The notes: generated from the letters alone by a model not told the origin. DNA of 64,000 nucleotides from Pseudomonadales bacterium (GCA_036960805.1 JBALXL010000002.1:1735-65734); one strand, 5' to 3'; shown: positions 43,182-54,025, numbered from the stretch's first letter. A program made the numbers and translations.

Positions 43182-43250
43182 TGTCATTCCGAACGCAGAG
43201 AGGAATCTTTCCCTCAGCCAACAAGGCTTCTCTCGTTGGCCGAAATGACA
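43182..43250. repeat. TGTCATTCCG-type (CGTC-family-like) REP doublet
   Basis: TGTCATTCCGAACGCAGAGAGGAATCT...CGAAATGACA; terminal inverted repeat matches 9/10. Confidence 0.7.
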
Positions 43251-43267
43251 CAGTTTTTATTTGAGCC

Positions 43268-44080
43268 TTAGCCTTTCCTATGCTGCTTAATTAGATCATA
43301 GGCCGCCTGAATTTCCTGCGTTTTTTCTTTAGCAATACGCATCATTTCTTCAGGTAATCCCTTGGCTACCAGCTTGTCTGGGTGATGCTGGCTCATCAGT
43401 CGGCGATAGGCCTTTTTCATCACCGCGTCACTGGAGCTCTCTTCAACACCAATTACTTTATAAGCCTCTTTGAGCTTATCGGCAGGCGTATAATGTGGTT
43501 GGCCAGCACCTTGCTGATGGAAACCACCCTGCCCGGCAAAGGCACGCTCGGCTTTGATACGCTGATGAATCGCTTCAAAGCGAATATTAGAAATGCCCAG
43601 TTGCGCACAAATATGGCGCAGCAGGGCATTTTCAGACTCGCTTAGCGAACCATCGGCATAAGCAGCCTGAATCTGGATTTCCAGAAACATCTGCACCACT
43701 GTTGCGTGGCGCCCGACTATTTGACGAAAACCAGCCAGCTCGCTATCAAGTTCAAAGCCGTCATCTTTTCCTTCTGAAAACAACTGCATGGCTTGCTGAC
43801 GCATATCGGCAGTCAGATTCATGCGCGACATAACAAACTCAGCCCATTCGATTTCATCTTTTGAAACCTGGCCATCAGCCTTAGCCAACTTGCCCATGGT
43901 CAAGAAAGTCATGCGGAAGAAAGCTTGCTGAATCTGCGCTTGATTTCCTGTACCAGGGCTCGACATACTCCCCGTTAGCGCCTTATCAAACTGGTGCCCA
44001 ATAAAAAGCCCCAAAATTGCGCCCGGTATGTTAAACCAGTTATAACCAATAAACGCGCCCAGCAATTTACCAAATATCAT
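43268..44080 (-). CDS. djlA: Co-chaperone DjlA
   Basis: N-terminal TM helix, TerB-like AKADG domain, C-terminal J domain with HHPDK. Confidence 0.95.
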   Translation of the reverse strand: MIFGKLLGAFIGYNWFNIPGAILGLFIGHQFDKALTGSMSSPGTGNQAQIQQAFFRMTFLTMGKLAKADGQVSKDEIEWAEFVMSRMNLTADMRQQAMQLFSEGKDDGFELDSELAGFRQIVGRHATVVQMFLEIQIQAAYADGSLSESENALLRHICAQLGISNIRFEAIHQRIKAERAFAGQGGFHQQGAGQPHYTPADKLKEAYKVIGVEESSSDAVMKKAYRRLMSQHHPDKLVAKGLPEEMMRIAKEKTQEIQAAYDLIKQHRKG

Positions 44081-44764
44081 TTACTCTAAAACTCCTTTAA
44101 TTCTTTTACGGACTGACTCATCCAGTCTCGTCAGTCGTTCTGGCGTACCAACATCAACCCAGTCACCGTAATATAACTCACCACTTACCTGCTGCGCATC
44201 CATCGCTTGGCGCAACAAGGGAGCCAACGGCATTCTGCCAACTTCAAGCTCAGAAAATAACAGCGGATTTAATACACTGATACCCGAATAGGTGAACTTT
44301 TTATCACCCTGCGCCGATATATGCCCGCTATCGTTCAAGGAAAAATCCCCCTGCGGGTGTTGTTCGGGATTCGTTACCAACACCAAATGCGCAGCCTTAG
44401 GCTTAATGAGCAGTAACTGCTCAAAGGGATAATCACTCCACACATCACCATTAACGATAATAAACGACTCATCTCCCAGCAACGGCAGGGCCTTAATAAT
44501 GCCGCCCGCCGTTTCCAGCGCCTTGGCTTCGGCAGAATACTGAATGTTAACGCCCCATTGGCTTCCGTCACCCAATGTCTGTTCTATTTTCTCTCCCAAC
44601 CAGGCGTGATTAATCACTATTTCTGTAACGCCCGCCTGCGCTAGCTTTTCAATATGGTATTGCACCAGTGGCTTACCCCCCACCTGCAATAACGGCTTGG
44701 GAGAGATGTCGGTCAATGGTCGCATACGCTCGCCACGTCCGGCGCAGAGAATCATCGCCTTCAT
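44081..44764 (-). CDS. murU: MurNAc-1-phosphate uridylyltransferase
   Basis: AMILCAGRGERMRPLT, LETAGGI, NGDV, W.DVGTPERL; adjacent to amgK. Confidence 0.93.
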   Translation of the reverse strand: MKAMILCAGRGERMRPLTDISPKPLLQVGGKPLVQYHIEKLAQAGVTEIVINHAWLGEKIEQTLGDGSQWGVNIQYSAEAKALETAGGIIKALPLLGDESFIIVNGDVWSDYPFEQLLLIKPKAAHLVLVTNPEQHPQGDFSLNDSGHISAQGDKKFTYSGISVLNPLLFSELEVGRMPLAPLLRQAMDAQQVSGELYYGDWVDVGTPERLTRLDESVRKRIKGVLE

Positions 44765-44767
44765 TAG

Positions 44768-45826
44768 TTAAGCTGTCTCTTTATTAATTGTGAGATATTC
44801 ACAGTTTTGCATGGCAGGCACCACCACCTCGTCCAACCAACCGTTAAATTCGGCAAACTCAGTGTACTGCTCACAGACCTTTTTCAAATATGCAAAGGTG
44901 CGCGGTATGTCCTGCAAATAACCCGCCTTACCATCACGCAAATACAAACGAGAAAAAATACCGACACATTTGAGATGACGCTGCAGACCCATCCAATCAA
45001 ACCAGCGTTTAAAAACGGCATATTCAGGCATATCTACTTGCGGCCAAAGTCCATACTGAAGCGAAAGCTGGAGATAATCGCCGATCCATTTCTCTTCGTG
45101 CTCATCAGACCAGCTGATATAACAGTCACGCAACAGTGAGACCAGGTCGTAGGTGATCGGCCCTACCACGGCATCCTGAAAATCCAGCACCCCGACATGG
45201 CCGTCAGCCAAAGTCATCAAATTACGGGAATGATAATCACGATGCACACAGACTTGTGGCTGCTCTAACGCACTAGCCACCAATTTATCAACGACATTAT
45301 CGAGGCGCTGCTTATCTTCCGCACTCAACTCTAAGCCAAGTAACTGCTTAAAAAACCAATCGGGGCAAAGCTGCATTTCTTGCCGCAACTTATCCGCAGC
45401 ATAGTTTGGCAAGGCGTAATCATGCGGCGCGGCACTACGTTGAATAGTTACCAGTTCGCCTAATGCCGCCTGATATAAGCTATCGGCATGCGTTTCAAGC
45501 TGAGGCAAAAACAAATCATCGCCCAAGTCAGATAACAGCATAAAACCCAAATCAAAATCCGCTGCCCGCACCTCTGGCACATGCACACCTTGCTCTAGCC
45601 AGGCTTGGGCAATAGCAACAAAGGGACGACTGTCTTCTTTATCTGCAGGTGCATCAACGGCAATCAACGTTTGCCCGGAGGATAGCGCAGCCGTGCGAAA
45701 GTAACGCCGAAAGCTGGCATCCCCGGACACGGCTACAAGTGACTCATCATGCCCGTCCTGATAAAGGTTGAGCTGCTGTAATTGGTCGACAACCCACTCA
45801 GAAAGGGCTGTTTGTCTATGATCCAA
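44768..45826 (-). CDS. amgK: Anomeric MurNAc/GlcNAc kinase AmgK
   Basis: GDASFRRYFR, HRDYHSRNL, DFQDA, QRHLK, RDGK. Confidence 0.92.
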   Translation of the reverse strand: MDHRQTALSEWVVDQLQQLNLYQDGHDESLVAVSGDASFRRYFRTAALSSGQTLIAVDAPADKEDSRPFVAIAQAWLEQGVHVPEVRAADFDLGFMLLSDLGDDLFLPQLETHADSLYQAALGELVTIQRSAAPHDYALPNYAADKLRQEMQLCPDWFFKQLLGLELSAEDKQRLDNVVDKLVASALEQPQVCVHRDYHSRNLMTLADGHVGVLDFQDAVVGPITYDLVSLLRDCYISWSDEHEEKWIGDYLQLSLQYGLWPQVDMPEYAVFKRWFDWMGLQRHLKCVGIFSRLYLRDGKAGYLQDIPRTFAYLKKVCEQYTEFAEFNGWLDEVVVPAMQNCEYLTINKETA

Positions 45827-46048
45827 AATTGACCTCGATTAGCCTATTTAACAAAAATTCAAAGGCGACATCTTACGACATCCTACCTAGTGCGTAAAAC
45901 CCCATCACAACGGTCCTATGCCGGTAGATTTTCAGCTGAGTTCAGGGCACTTATATATTCCCTTTAGGGTAAACCCGGCGCTATAATCCAACGACTAAAT
46001 ATTAGCTCGCCACGGCGAGTACCAATCTTACTTTTTGAGCTTCCTGCC

Positions 46049-46801
46049 ATGACACATATCGGAATCCTACAATGCGGTGCGCTACCTGACGACATACAAG
46101 AACCGTATGGTGACGTCCCCGAGATGCTAATAGCTGCTTTTCAAAGCGTTGACCCGTCACTTACATTCACTGTTTTTGACGCCATCAATGAAGAGCTACC
46201 TGAATTAGACGCCTGCGACGCCTTCCTATGCACTGGCAGCACCAGTAGCAGCTACGAAAGAACACCCTGGATTTTAGCGCTAGAAGACTTTTTCCGCGAA
46301 GGCGCACGAACAGGGAAAAAATTGTTGGGTGTTTGTTTTGGCCACCAGCTAATTTCTCAAGCGCTGGGCGGTAAAGTTGAGCCCTGCGATCGCGGCTGGG
46401 CGCTAGGCACCGGCTTTTACGAGCTGACAACACAAAAATCGTGGATGAATCCATCGCTGGGGAAACTGGACATTCTGGTTCTGCATCGCGATCAGGTAAC
46501 AATTTTACCGGAAAAAAGTCAGGTCATTGCACAAAGCCAATTCTGTCCCTACTTTATGGTGCAGCATGGCCCTAACATACTTACCATTCAGGGCCACCCG
46601 GAGTTCAATCCCGATATTTTGCGTCACCTGACGGATTACAACATCGACAATTTTACCGCCAATAAAATCCGTGAAGCGCTAACGACCCTGAGCGCACCAA
46701 TAGACTCCGAAGCCGTTGTGAAATGGATGATCAATTTTATCAAAATTGAAATCCCCAAGCGCAAAGCTCAGTTCATTGACGTGCAGCAACAACCTTTATA
46801 A
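46049..46801 (+). CDS. Class I glutamine amidotransferase-like hydrolase (stand-alone)
   Basis: TGS, GVCFGHQ nucleophile elbow, QGHPEF triad. Confidence 0.88.
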   Translation: MTHIGILQCGALPDDIQEPYGDVPEMLIAAFQSVDPSLTFTVFDAINEELPELDACDAFLCTGSTSSSYERTPWILALEDFFREGARTGKKLLGVCFGHQLISQALGGKVEPCDRGWALGTGFYELTTQKSWMNPSLGKLDILVLHRDQVTILPEKSQVIAQSQFCPYFMVQHGPNILTIQGHPEFNPDILRHLTDYNIDNFTANKIREALTTLSAPIDSEAVVKWMINFIKIEIPKRKAQFIDVQQQPL

Positions 46802-46890
46802 CGACCTGTAACAAAGCCCTGCCCAGCTGCGGGGCTGTATCCCACTCTACTGCTAGTCCAGCAAAACACCCATCTGATACGAAGACTGCT

Positions 46891-48081
46891 ATGTTTGAAA
46901 ATCTACCCTTGTTACCTGCCGACCCGATTCTCGGCTTAATGGATGCTTTTCGTAACGATAGCAACCCCAACAAAATTGACTTAGGCGTTGGTGTCTATAA
47001 AACCGAACAGGGTGATACACCCGTGCTGGAATCGGTCAAACAAGCCGAGCGCGATATTCTCGCATCAGAACAAACCAAACTTTATATTGGCCCAGCAGGT
47101 GCGCCTGCATTCGGTGTCGCAATACAAAACCTACTCCTGGGCGAAAATCATCCAGCCCTCGCTGACAATCGTGTATCTGTCTTACAAACACCCGGTGGCA
47201 GCGGAGCACTGAGGGTTGCCGCTGAGCTGGCAAAAAAAGCCAACCCAAACGCTACTATCTGGGTCAGCGACCCAACCTGGGGTAATCACATCCCTCTGCT
47301 GCGCGATACCGGCCTGCAAATCAAAACGTATCCCTACTACGATGTAGCAAATCATGGCATTAATTTCGACGCTATGCTGGAAACACTGGCTCAAGCGAAA
47401 GCAGGCGATCTGGTATTACTACACGGCTGTTGCCACAACCCCTCCGGCGCAGACTTATCTCAACAGCAGTGGCAAGCCGTCACCCAACTGGCTAGCGAAA
47501 AGGGTTTTACGCCGTTCATTGATATCGCCTACCAAGGTTTTGGTGCCGGCATTGACGAAGATGCCTATGGCGTACGCTTGATGGCCGAACAACTACCTGA
47601 ATTATTAATCGCCAGCTCCTGCTCGAAAAACTTCGGCATTTATCGCGAACGTGTTGGCAGCGTTATTGTGATTGCCAAAAACGCCGTACAGGCCCGCGTC
47701 AACAGTAGTCAGCTAGCCCGTATCGTACGTGGCATTTACTCCATGCCCCCGTCTCACGGCGCGGCAGTGGTCACACATATTTTAGGAAACGACGCTTTAC
47801 GCCGGCACTGGTTAGGCGAACTGAATACCATGCGCGAACGCATTTTCATATTACGTGGACAACTGCTGGAGCAGCTCAGCAGCAAAGGAGCCAGCAGCGA
47901 CTTTTCGTTTATCACCCAGCAAAGCGGCATGTTTTCCTTTTTGGACATTTCACCTGCTCAGGTACAAAGGCTGCGTGAAGAGTTCAGTATTTACATGACC
48001 AGTGATAGCCGTATTAACGTGGCCGGCATCAATAGCAACAACATTGATTACCTGAGCAGCGCTATTGTTAGCGTGCTCTAA
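46891..48081 (+). CDS. Aspartate/aromatic amino acid aminotransferase (AspC/TyrB family)
   Basis: DLGVGVY, HNPSG, DIAYQGF, SCSKNFGIYRER, SRIN. Confidence 0.95.
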   Translation: MFENLPLLPADPILGLMDAFRNDSNPNKIDLGVGVYKTEQGDTPVLESVKQAERDILASEQTKLYIGPAGAPAFGVAIQNLLLGENHPALADNRVSVLQTPGGSGALRVAAELAKKANPNATIWVSDPTWGNHIPLLRDTGLQIKTYPYYDVANHGINFDAMLETLAQAKAGDLVLLHGCCHNPSGADLSQQQWQAVTQLASEKGFTPFIDIAYQGFGAGIDEDAYGVRLMAEQLPELLIASSCSKNFGIYRERVGSVIVIAKNAVQARVNSSQLARIVRGIYSMPPSHGAAVVTHILGNDALRRHWLGELNTMRERIFILRGQLLEQLSSKGASSDFSFITQQSGMFSFLDISPAQVQRLREEFSIYMTSDSRINVAGINSNNIDYLSSAIVSVL

Positions 48082-48247
48082 AAAGTCAACGAATAGCTTT
48101 ATAGCACGAGCTCGCCTTTTCGGGGTGGCTCGCACTTCCCTAATGCCTTATCATCTGCACCTTAATACAGGTTCTGAGCGGTCTATTAGTGATGGCTGAA
48201 CCACAACGTAATACCAAACAATAACAATAAGGCGCCCGGCTGATAGC

Positions 48248-50725
48248 ATGTCTGACATTTTTCGTTTGCCACTAAAAACCTCTCTGCTTACTGCGCTATT
48301 AATTAGTGCTCCACTATCAGCAGCCTCTTCGAATGACAGCAATCGCTGGCACTGTAAAGCTGCCGCAGACGGTAGCTGGCAATGTGGTAGCACAGAACCC
48401 GCAGACGGCTTGGGCACACGTTTTGTTGCGCCTCAAAGAGTGACTGTGGTTATACCCGATGCCAGCACACCTTATAAAATCGACGGCGAGCAACTTGACT
48501 GGGTGCCTAGAGCTGCACTCAGTGAAGAACAGCAACTAACCATTCCAGGGTATTGTCCTGGCGGCTATGCTGAACCGGCTTACGTTGATGCCGAGCAACG
48601 TTTGTTATCCCCTGATTCGCAGCCCACTCAAGGCTCAGCCAAAAGCTCACAGACCGATGAAAACGGCGTAACAACACTGTCTGGCAATGTTGTTCTCACC
48701 CAGGGCAACCGTCAGATTAAAAGTGAGCAGGCCATACTTGATCGCGAGGCAGGCACGGCCACCTTTGTTGGCCGCACACAGTTCCGTGAACCCGGCATAT
48801 TGTTGATCGGCGAAGATCCTCAGGTAAACCTCAACAGCAATGAGATAACCCTCACCGATGCCCAGTTTGTTGCTCACAAGAGCCATATGCGTGGTAATGC
48901 TAAAAAACTAAATCGCCAAACAGATGGCGTTATCCGTGTTGATCAAGGCAGTCTGACCTATTGTGCTCCAGGCTCTAATACCTGGGCCGTGGAAGGCAGT
49001 GAAGTGCGTATCGATCAAGAAAAAGGCCACGCAACCATCAAGCATGCGCGCCTTAAAATAAAAGATGTGCCGGTGTTCTATTTTCCCTGGGCTCGCTTTC
49101 CGCTAGATAAGCAACGTCAGTCCGGTTTTCTGACGCCTGATATCGGCACGTCAGATGGCATTGATATCGCCACTCCTTATTACTGGAATATTGCGCCAAA
49201 TTACGACGCTACATTAACACCCCGCTATATCGGTGACCGTGGCGTTCTAGGCGAAGCCGAATTCCGTTATTTACACAATAATAATCACGGTGAAATTGGC
49301 GCTGCCTTTTTATCGAGCGATGACGATTTCCAAAACAAGAATCGCTGGCTCGGCTCCGTTGATCACCAAGGCACGTTGTTCAACCGCATCAATACTCGCG
49401 TCGATTACACCACCGTCAGTGACGATGATTATTTCAGCGATTTGGGCACCGACCTTAACGCCACCAGCCAAACAAATTTATTACGTCTGGCTGAAGCGAG
49501 TTACAACGGTAACTATTGGGATATTACCGCTCGCACCCAGGGCTATCAAACCATCGACGACACCATTACCGATGCCAACAAGCCCTATGATCGTCTACCG
49601 CAAATCATTGTTAACGGGCTTTATCCTCATGACGACAGCGGTTTCGAATTTGGACTGATGACCGAATACAGTAATTTTGACCGTGACAACAGCGGACTAA
49701 CGGGCATTAACCGCGCCGTTGGTCACCGTACCCGTGTTGCACCGTCCGTCAGCTGGTTATTTGAAACGCCCTATGCCTACATCAAGCCAAAAGCCACTTA
49801 CCATTACACACGCTATCAACTGAATGACTTGGCCGCCGGCTTAAATGACTCACCCGACATCTCAGTTCCTGTTTTCAGCATCGACAGTGGTCTGTTCTTT
49901 GAGCGTGATACTAACTGGGCAGGTAAGTCAGCAACGCAAACCTTCGAACCTCGTTTTTTCTATCTAAAAGCGTCAGAAGAAAAAGGGCAGTTGGAAAACC
50001 CGCTGTTTGATACCAGCGAACTTGATTTCAGCTACAACCAACTGTTCCGCGAAAACCGCTTTGTTGGCGGCGATCGAATTAATGATGCCGACCAGGTCTC
50101 ATTGGGGCTAACTACTCGTTTTATTGAAAATGACGGTTTCGAACGTGCCCGCGCTAGCATCGGTCAGATTTTCTATAACGATGATCGCAATGTTACCCTT
50201 ACCAACACCCCCGTACGTACTGACAGAACATCGGATTCTCCTGTTGCCGCAGAGCTAATGTATGCTCTTAAATCAGGCTGGCGTCTGCAAGGTGACATTG
50301 AATTTGATACCGATATCAACCGTACTAACCAGAGCAGTCTGAACCTGCGTTACCACGGTGATAACAAACACATTTTCAACATCGGCTACCGAGTACGTAA
50401 CGATGATAGAGAAAGAATCGAGCAAACCGATATTTCAGCGGTATTCCCCGTCAGCAAACATTGGAGTGTTGTTTCTCGCTGGAATCACGACCTAATTCGC
50501 GATCGCATTGTCGAAGCATTCGCTGGCCTTGAATACCAAAGCTGCTGTTGGGCTGTGCGTGTCATTGGTCGCCGCTGGATTAATGATGACGACATTACCG
50601 CAAGTGATGGCGTCGATGAAAAAGATGCTATTTATATCCAGTTCGAACTAAAAGGACTGGGCAATATTGGTGATTCCACGGAACGACTGTTTAGCGACAG
50701 CATCCCCGGTTATCAAGAAGACTAA
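48248..50725 (+). CDS. lptD: LPS-assembly protein LptD
   Basis: Signal peptide, OstA beta-jellyroll, RQSGFL, PYYWNIAPN, YQSCCW, FELKGL; upstream of surA. Confidence 0.97.
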   Translation: MSDIFRLPLKTSLLTALLISAPLSAASSNDSNRWHCKAAADGSWQCGSTEPADGLGTRFVAPQRVTVVIPDASTPYKIDGEQLDWVPRAALSEEQQLTIPGYCPGGYAEPAYVDAEQRLLSPDSQPTQGSAKSSQTDENGVTTLSGNVVLTQGNRQIKSEQAILDREAGTATFVGRTQFREPGILLIGEDPQVNLNSNEITLTDAQFVAHKSHMRGNAKKLNRQTDGVIRVDQGSLTYCAPGSNTWAVEGSEVRIDQEKGHATIKHARLKIKDVPVFYFPWARFPLDKQRQSGFLTPDIGTSDGIDIATPYYWNIAPNYDATLTPRYIGDRGVLGEAEFRYLHNNNHGEIGAAFLSSDDDFQNKNRWLGSVDHQGTLFNRINTRVDYTTVSDDDYFSDLGTDLNATSQTNLLRLAEASYNGNYWDITARTQGYQTIDDTITDANKPYDRLPQIIVNGLYPHDDSGFEFGLMTEYSNFDRDNSGLTGINRAVGHRTRVAPSVSWLFETPYAYIKPKATYHYTRYQLNDLAAGLNDSPDISVPVFSIDSGLFFERDTNWAGKSATQTFEPRFFYLKASEEKGQLENPLFDTSELDFSYNQLFRENRFVGGDRINDADQVSLGLTTRFIENDGFERARASIGQIFYNDDRNVTLTNTPVRTDRTSDSPVAAELMYALKSGWRLQGDIEFDTDINRTNQSSLNLRYHGDNKHIFNIGYRVRNDDRERIEQTDISAVFPVSKHWSVVSRWNHDLIRDRIVEAFAGLEYQSCCWAVRVIGRRWINDDDITASDGVDEKDAIYIQFELKGLGNIGDSTERLFSDSIPGYQED

Positions 50726-50748
50726 TAGGACAAGGCAAATAGACCCCT

Positions 50749-52038
50749 ATGTTTAATACCCTACGTACAAAAATTTTACCCCTGCTGGCCATTGCCCTGC
50801 TAACGCCAAGCTTAGCGGTTGCCGCCAATCAACCACTTGACCGTATTGCGGTGATCGTCAATGACGACATCATTATGCAAAGCCAGGTGCAACAGGCTAT
50901 CAACTCCGCCATCGGTAAATTACAACAAAGCAACCAAGCTATGCCGCCCAAAAAAGCGATTATCTCGCAGGTGGTTGAAGGCTTGATTATGGAAAGCCTG
51001 CAACTGCAGATTGCTGACCGTGGCGGTATTCGTGTTGACGACACCTCCCTTAATGAAGCCGTGCAACGTATTGCTGCACAAAACGACATGACGATCGAAC
51101 AGTTCCAACAGGCCATCTCCAAAGAGGGCTCAAGCTACACAGTGGTACGCGAACAGATCCGTCGCGAATTAATTACCACCCGCGCACGTCAAGGTAGTGT
51201 TGGCCCACGTATCCAGATCACCGATCAAGAAATCCAGAACTACCTAAGCTCTGCTGAAGGAGAGCAACTGCTCAAGAGCAAATACCATATCGGTCACATC
51301 CTGATCAAACCTGCCAGCAACTCGGCGGCCGACAAACAACAGGCCCAAGAGCAAGTTCAAGACCTATATCAGCAGCTACAATCGGGCTCGGACTTTAATG
51401 AATTAGCTCGCAACCATTCAGCTGACTCCAGCGCCAATAAAGGCGGCGACATGGGCTGGCGTGACGGCTCACAATTACCGTCTTTATTCAAAGAGGCTGT
51501 ACAAGCTTTGAAAACGGGCGAAACAGCTCAACCTATCGCCAGCTCTAACGGTTTCCACCTGGTTAATCTGATCGAAAAACGCGGTGGCAGCAGCATTATT
51601 CAAAACCAGACATTAGTGCGCCACATTCTTGTGCAACCCACTGAAATTCGCTCCGAAGATCAAGCTGAAGAATTAATTTACGAGCTCTTCACTCGCATTC
51701 AGTCCGGCGAAGATTTTTCTGAAATGGCACGCCTTTATAGTGGCGACCCAGGCTCACGTGCCAAGGGCGGCGAGCTAGGTTGGATCACTCCAGCAGGGCT
51801 AGTGCCCGCCTTTGTTAAGGTAATGAAAGAAACTCCTGAGAACACCGTCAGCGGCCCCTTCAAAAGCCGCTATGGCTGGCACATTCTTGAAGTTCAAGGT
51901 CAACGCCAAGAGGACATCGGCGCTGAAGCCAACCGCCAAAAAGCACGCGAGATACTCTACAAGCGCAAATTTAATGACGAGCTGGAACTGTGGTTACGCG
52001 AAATTCGCGATAACGCCTTTGTTGATGTCAAAATTTAA
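50749..52038 (+). CDS. surA: Periplasmic chaperone/PPIase SurA
   Basis: LDRIAVIVN, two parvulin domains (HILI...GGDMGW; HILV...GGELGW). Confidence 0.96.
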   Translation: MFNTLRTKILPLLAIALLTPSLAVAANQPLDRIAVIVNDDIIMQSQVQQAINSAIGKLQQSNQAMPPKKAIISQVVEGLIMESLQLQIADRGGIRVDDTSLNEAVQRIAAQNDMTIEQFQQAISKEGSSYTVVREQIRRELITTRARQGSVGPRIQITDQEIQNYLSSAEGEQLLKSKYHIGHILIKPASNSAADKQQAQEQVQDLYQQLQSGSDFNELARNHSADSSANKGGDMGWRDGSQLPSLFKEAVQALKTGETAQPIASSNGFHLVNLIEKRGGSSIIQNQTLVRHILVQPTEIRSEDQAEELIYELFTRIQSGEDFSEMARLYSGDPGSRAKGGELGWITPAGLVPAFVKVMKETPENTVSGPFKSRYGWHILEVQGQRQEDIGAEANRQKAREILYKRKFNDELELWLREIRDNAFVDVKI

Positions 52039-52053
52039 CACTGCAGCACAATC

Positions 52054-53040
52054 ATGAGCGCGCCCTTACTGGCCATAACGCCCGGTGAACCCGCTGGCAT
52101 CGGCCCGGATATTACTATCCAGATTGCTCAGCAGCCACAACAAGCAGCCCTAGTGGCTATCGCTAGCCCCGTGCTGCTACAAGAACGGGCTGCGCTGCTA
52201 GGTTTACCGCTGATACTTCGCCCGTTTGTCGCCGGCCAATCGCATCCACCATTGCCAGCCGGTGAGCTTTACATCTGTGCTGTCGAACTAGCTGCTGAAG
52301 TTGAAGTTGGCCAGCTATCAACAGCCAATGCGAACTATGTATTAACCACTCTGACTCGTGCCGCTCAGGGTTGTGTTGACGGTGAATTTTCCGCCATGGT
52401 CACCGCCCCCGTACACAAAGGCATCATTAACGATGCTGGCTGCGCCTTTAGCGGACACACTGAATTTCTTGCCGATCATACCGATACCGAATTAGTTGTT
52501 ATGATGCTCGCAACCGAAGGTTTACGCGTTGCTCTTGCCACGACTCATTTACCCTTGGCAGACGTACCCGCCGCTATCACTGAACAAACCTTAACCCGTG
52601 TCATCCGTATTTTACAGGCTGACATGGTGTCAAAATTCAGCATAGAAAAACCGCGTATTTTAGTCTGTGGGCTCAACCCTCACGCAGGTGAAGGCGGACA
52701 CTTAGGGCGCGAAGAAATCGAAACGATTGAACCTACGCTTGAAAAGTTACGTGCCGAAAATATTAACCTGATCGGCCCATTACCCGCAGACACGCTGTTC
52801 ACACCAAAGTACCTTGAACAGGCCGACGCCGTATTAGCCATGTACCATGATCAAGGTTTGCCGGTCCTCAAACACCTGGGCTTTGGTAACGCGGTTAACA
52901 TCACCCTCGGTTTACCCATTATCCGTACCTCCGTTGACCACGGCACCGCACTCGACCTAGCCGGTACGGGAACTGCCGATGCAGGGAGTCTGCAAACTGC
53001 CATCAACTATGCAATCAACATGGTGCAGGCAACAATATAG
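52054..53040 (+). CDS. pdxA: 4-hydroxythreonine-4-phosphate dehydrogenase
   Basis: [33 protein letters not shown]. Confidence 0.98.
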   Translation: MSAPLLAITPGEPAGIGPDITIQIAQQPQQAALVAIASPVLLQERAALLGLPLILRPFVAGQSHPPLPAGELYICAVELAAEVEVGQLSTANANYVLTTLTRAAQGCVDGEFSAMVTAPVHKGIINDAGCAFSGHTEFLADHTDTELVVMMLATEGLRVALATTHLPLADVPAAITEQTLTRVIRILQADMVSKFSIEKPRILVCGLNPHAGEGGHLGREEIETIEPTLEKLRAENINLIGPLPADTLFTPKYLEQADAVLAMYHDQGLPVLKHLGFGNAVNITLGLPIIRTSVDHGTALDLAGTGTADAGSLQTAINYAINMVQATI

Positions 53041-53146
53041 GTCAGACTTAGCGTACCCCGCTTTACAAGGTGAATGGCGCAGCAAGAGAAAGGTGCCCTG
53101 GGGCATCGGGTATGAATCTGACATGTAAGGCGAAAGCCTTACCTAC
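53037..53146 (+). repeat. Composite intergenic element, copy B (core 53054-53105)
   Basis: ATAGGTCAGACTTAGCG-TACCCCGCTTTACAAGGTGAAT...GGTGCCCTGGGGCA-TCGGGTATGAATCTGACA-TGTAAGGCGAAAGCCTTACCTAC; homologous to 15395-15506. Confidence 0.88.
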
Positions 53147-53173
53147 AACAGCGAACTTCTAAGTAACTAAATT

Positions 53174-54016
53174 ATGAAAAAACCAGCAGGCCATCAGGCA
53201 CGTAAACGTTTCGGACAGAACTTTCTGCAGGATCAGAATATCATTCGTAATATTCTGCTTAGCATTAGTCCAAAGATAACAGATAACATTGTCGAAATTG
53301 GCCCGGGCTTGGGCGCCATTACCGAGCACCTGCTCAAAGCCACCGAGGGCAACCTCAACGTGGTGGAAATTGACCGCGATTTGGTAAAAGTCCTATCAAC
53401 TCAGTTTTTCAGTGCTGCAAATCTTAATATCCACCAAGGCGATGCACTAAAGTTCGACTTCAGCCAATTGGCCAACGACGAAAGAAAACTGCGCATTGTT
53501 GGCAACTTGCCCTATAACATTTCCACGCCACTGATATTCCATCTCATCAGTTACGCCGAGCAAGTAAAAGACATGCACTTCATGCTGCAAAAAGAAGTGG
53601 TCGACCGCATGGCGGCGCAAGCTGGCGACAGCGCCTATGGCCGCCTTAGCATCATGGTGCAATATTCTTGTCACGTGGAGTCATTGTTCAATGTGCCTCC
53701 CACGGCGTTCCATCCGCAGCCCAAGGTTGATTCGGCCATTGTCAGGTTAGTACCCTACGAGACACTGCCTTTCCCTGCCAAAGATGCTAAGCATCTCGCG
53801 GGACTGGTCACCACCGCGTTTAATCAGCGTCGTAAAACTATTCGTAACAACCTTAAAAAATTAATCAGTGCGGAACAACTCGAAGCACTTGGCATTGATC
53901 CAGGCTTACGCCCTGAAAATCTAACCTTGCAGAATTTTGTTGCGATCAGTGATACTTTATCTTCCCAGAGCAGTGATTCCGTCACTGATCAAAACGACAA
54001 TAACCACAGTCAATAG
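53174..54016 (+). CDS. rsmA: 16S rRNA m6,6A dimethyltransferase RsmA (KsgA)
   Basis: RKRFGQNFL, EIGPGLG, GNLPYNIS. Confidence 0.98.
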   Translation: MKKPAGHQARKRFGQNFLQDQNIIRNILLSISPKITDNIVEIGPGLGAITEHLLKATEGNLNVVEIDRDLVKVLSTQFFSAANLNIHQGDALKFDFSQLANDERKLRIVGNLPYNISTPLIFHLISYAEQVKDMHFMLQKEVVDRMAAQAGDSAYGRLSIMVQYSCHVESLFNVPPTAFHPQPKVDSAIVRLVPYETLPFPAKDAKHLAGLVTTAFNQRRKTIRNNLKKLISAEQLEALGIDPGLRPENLTLQNFVAISDTLSSQSSDSVTDQNDNNHSQ

Positions 54017-54025
54017 CAGCTAAAC

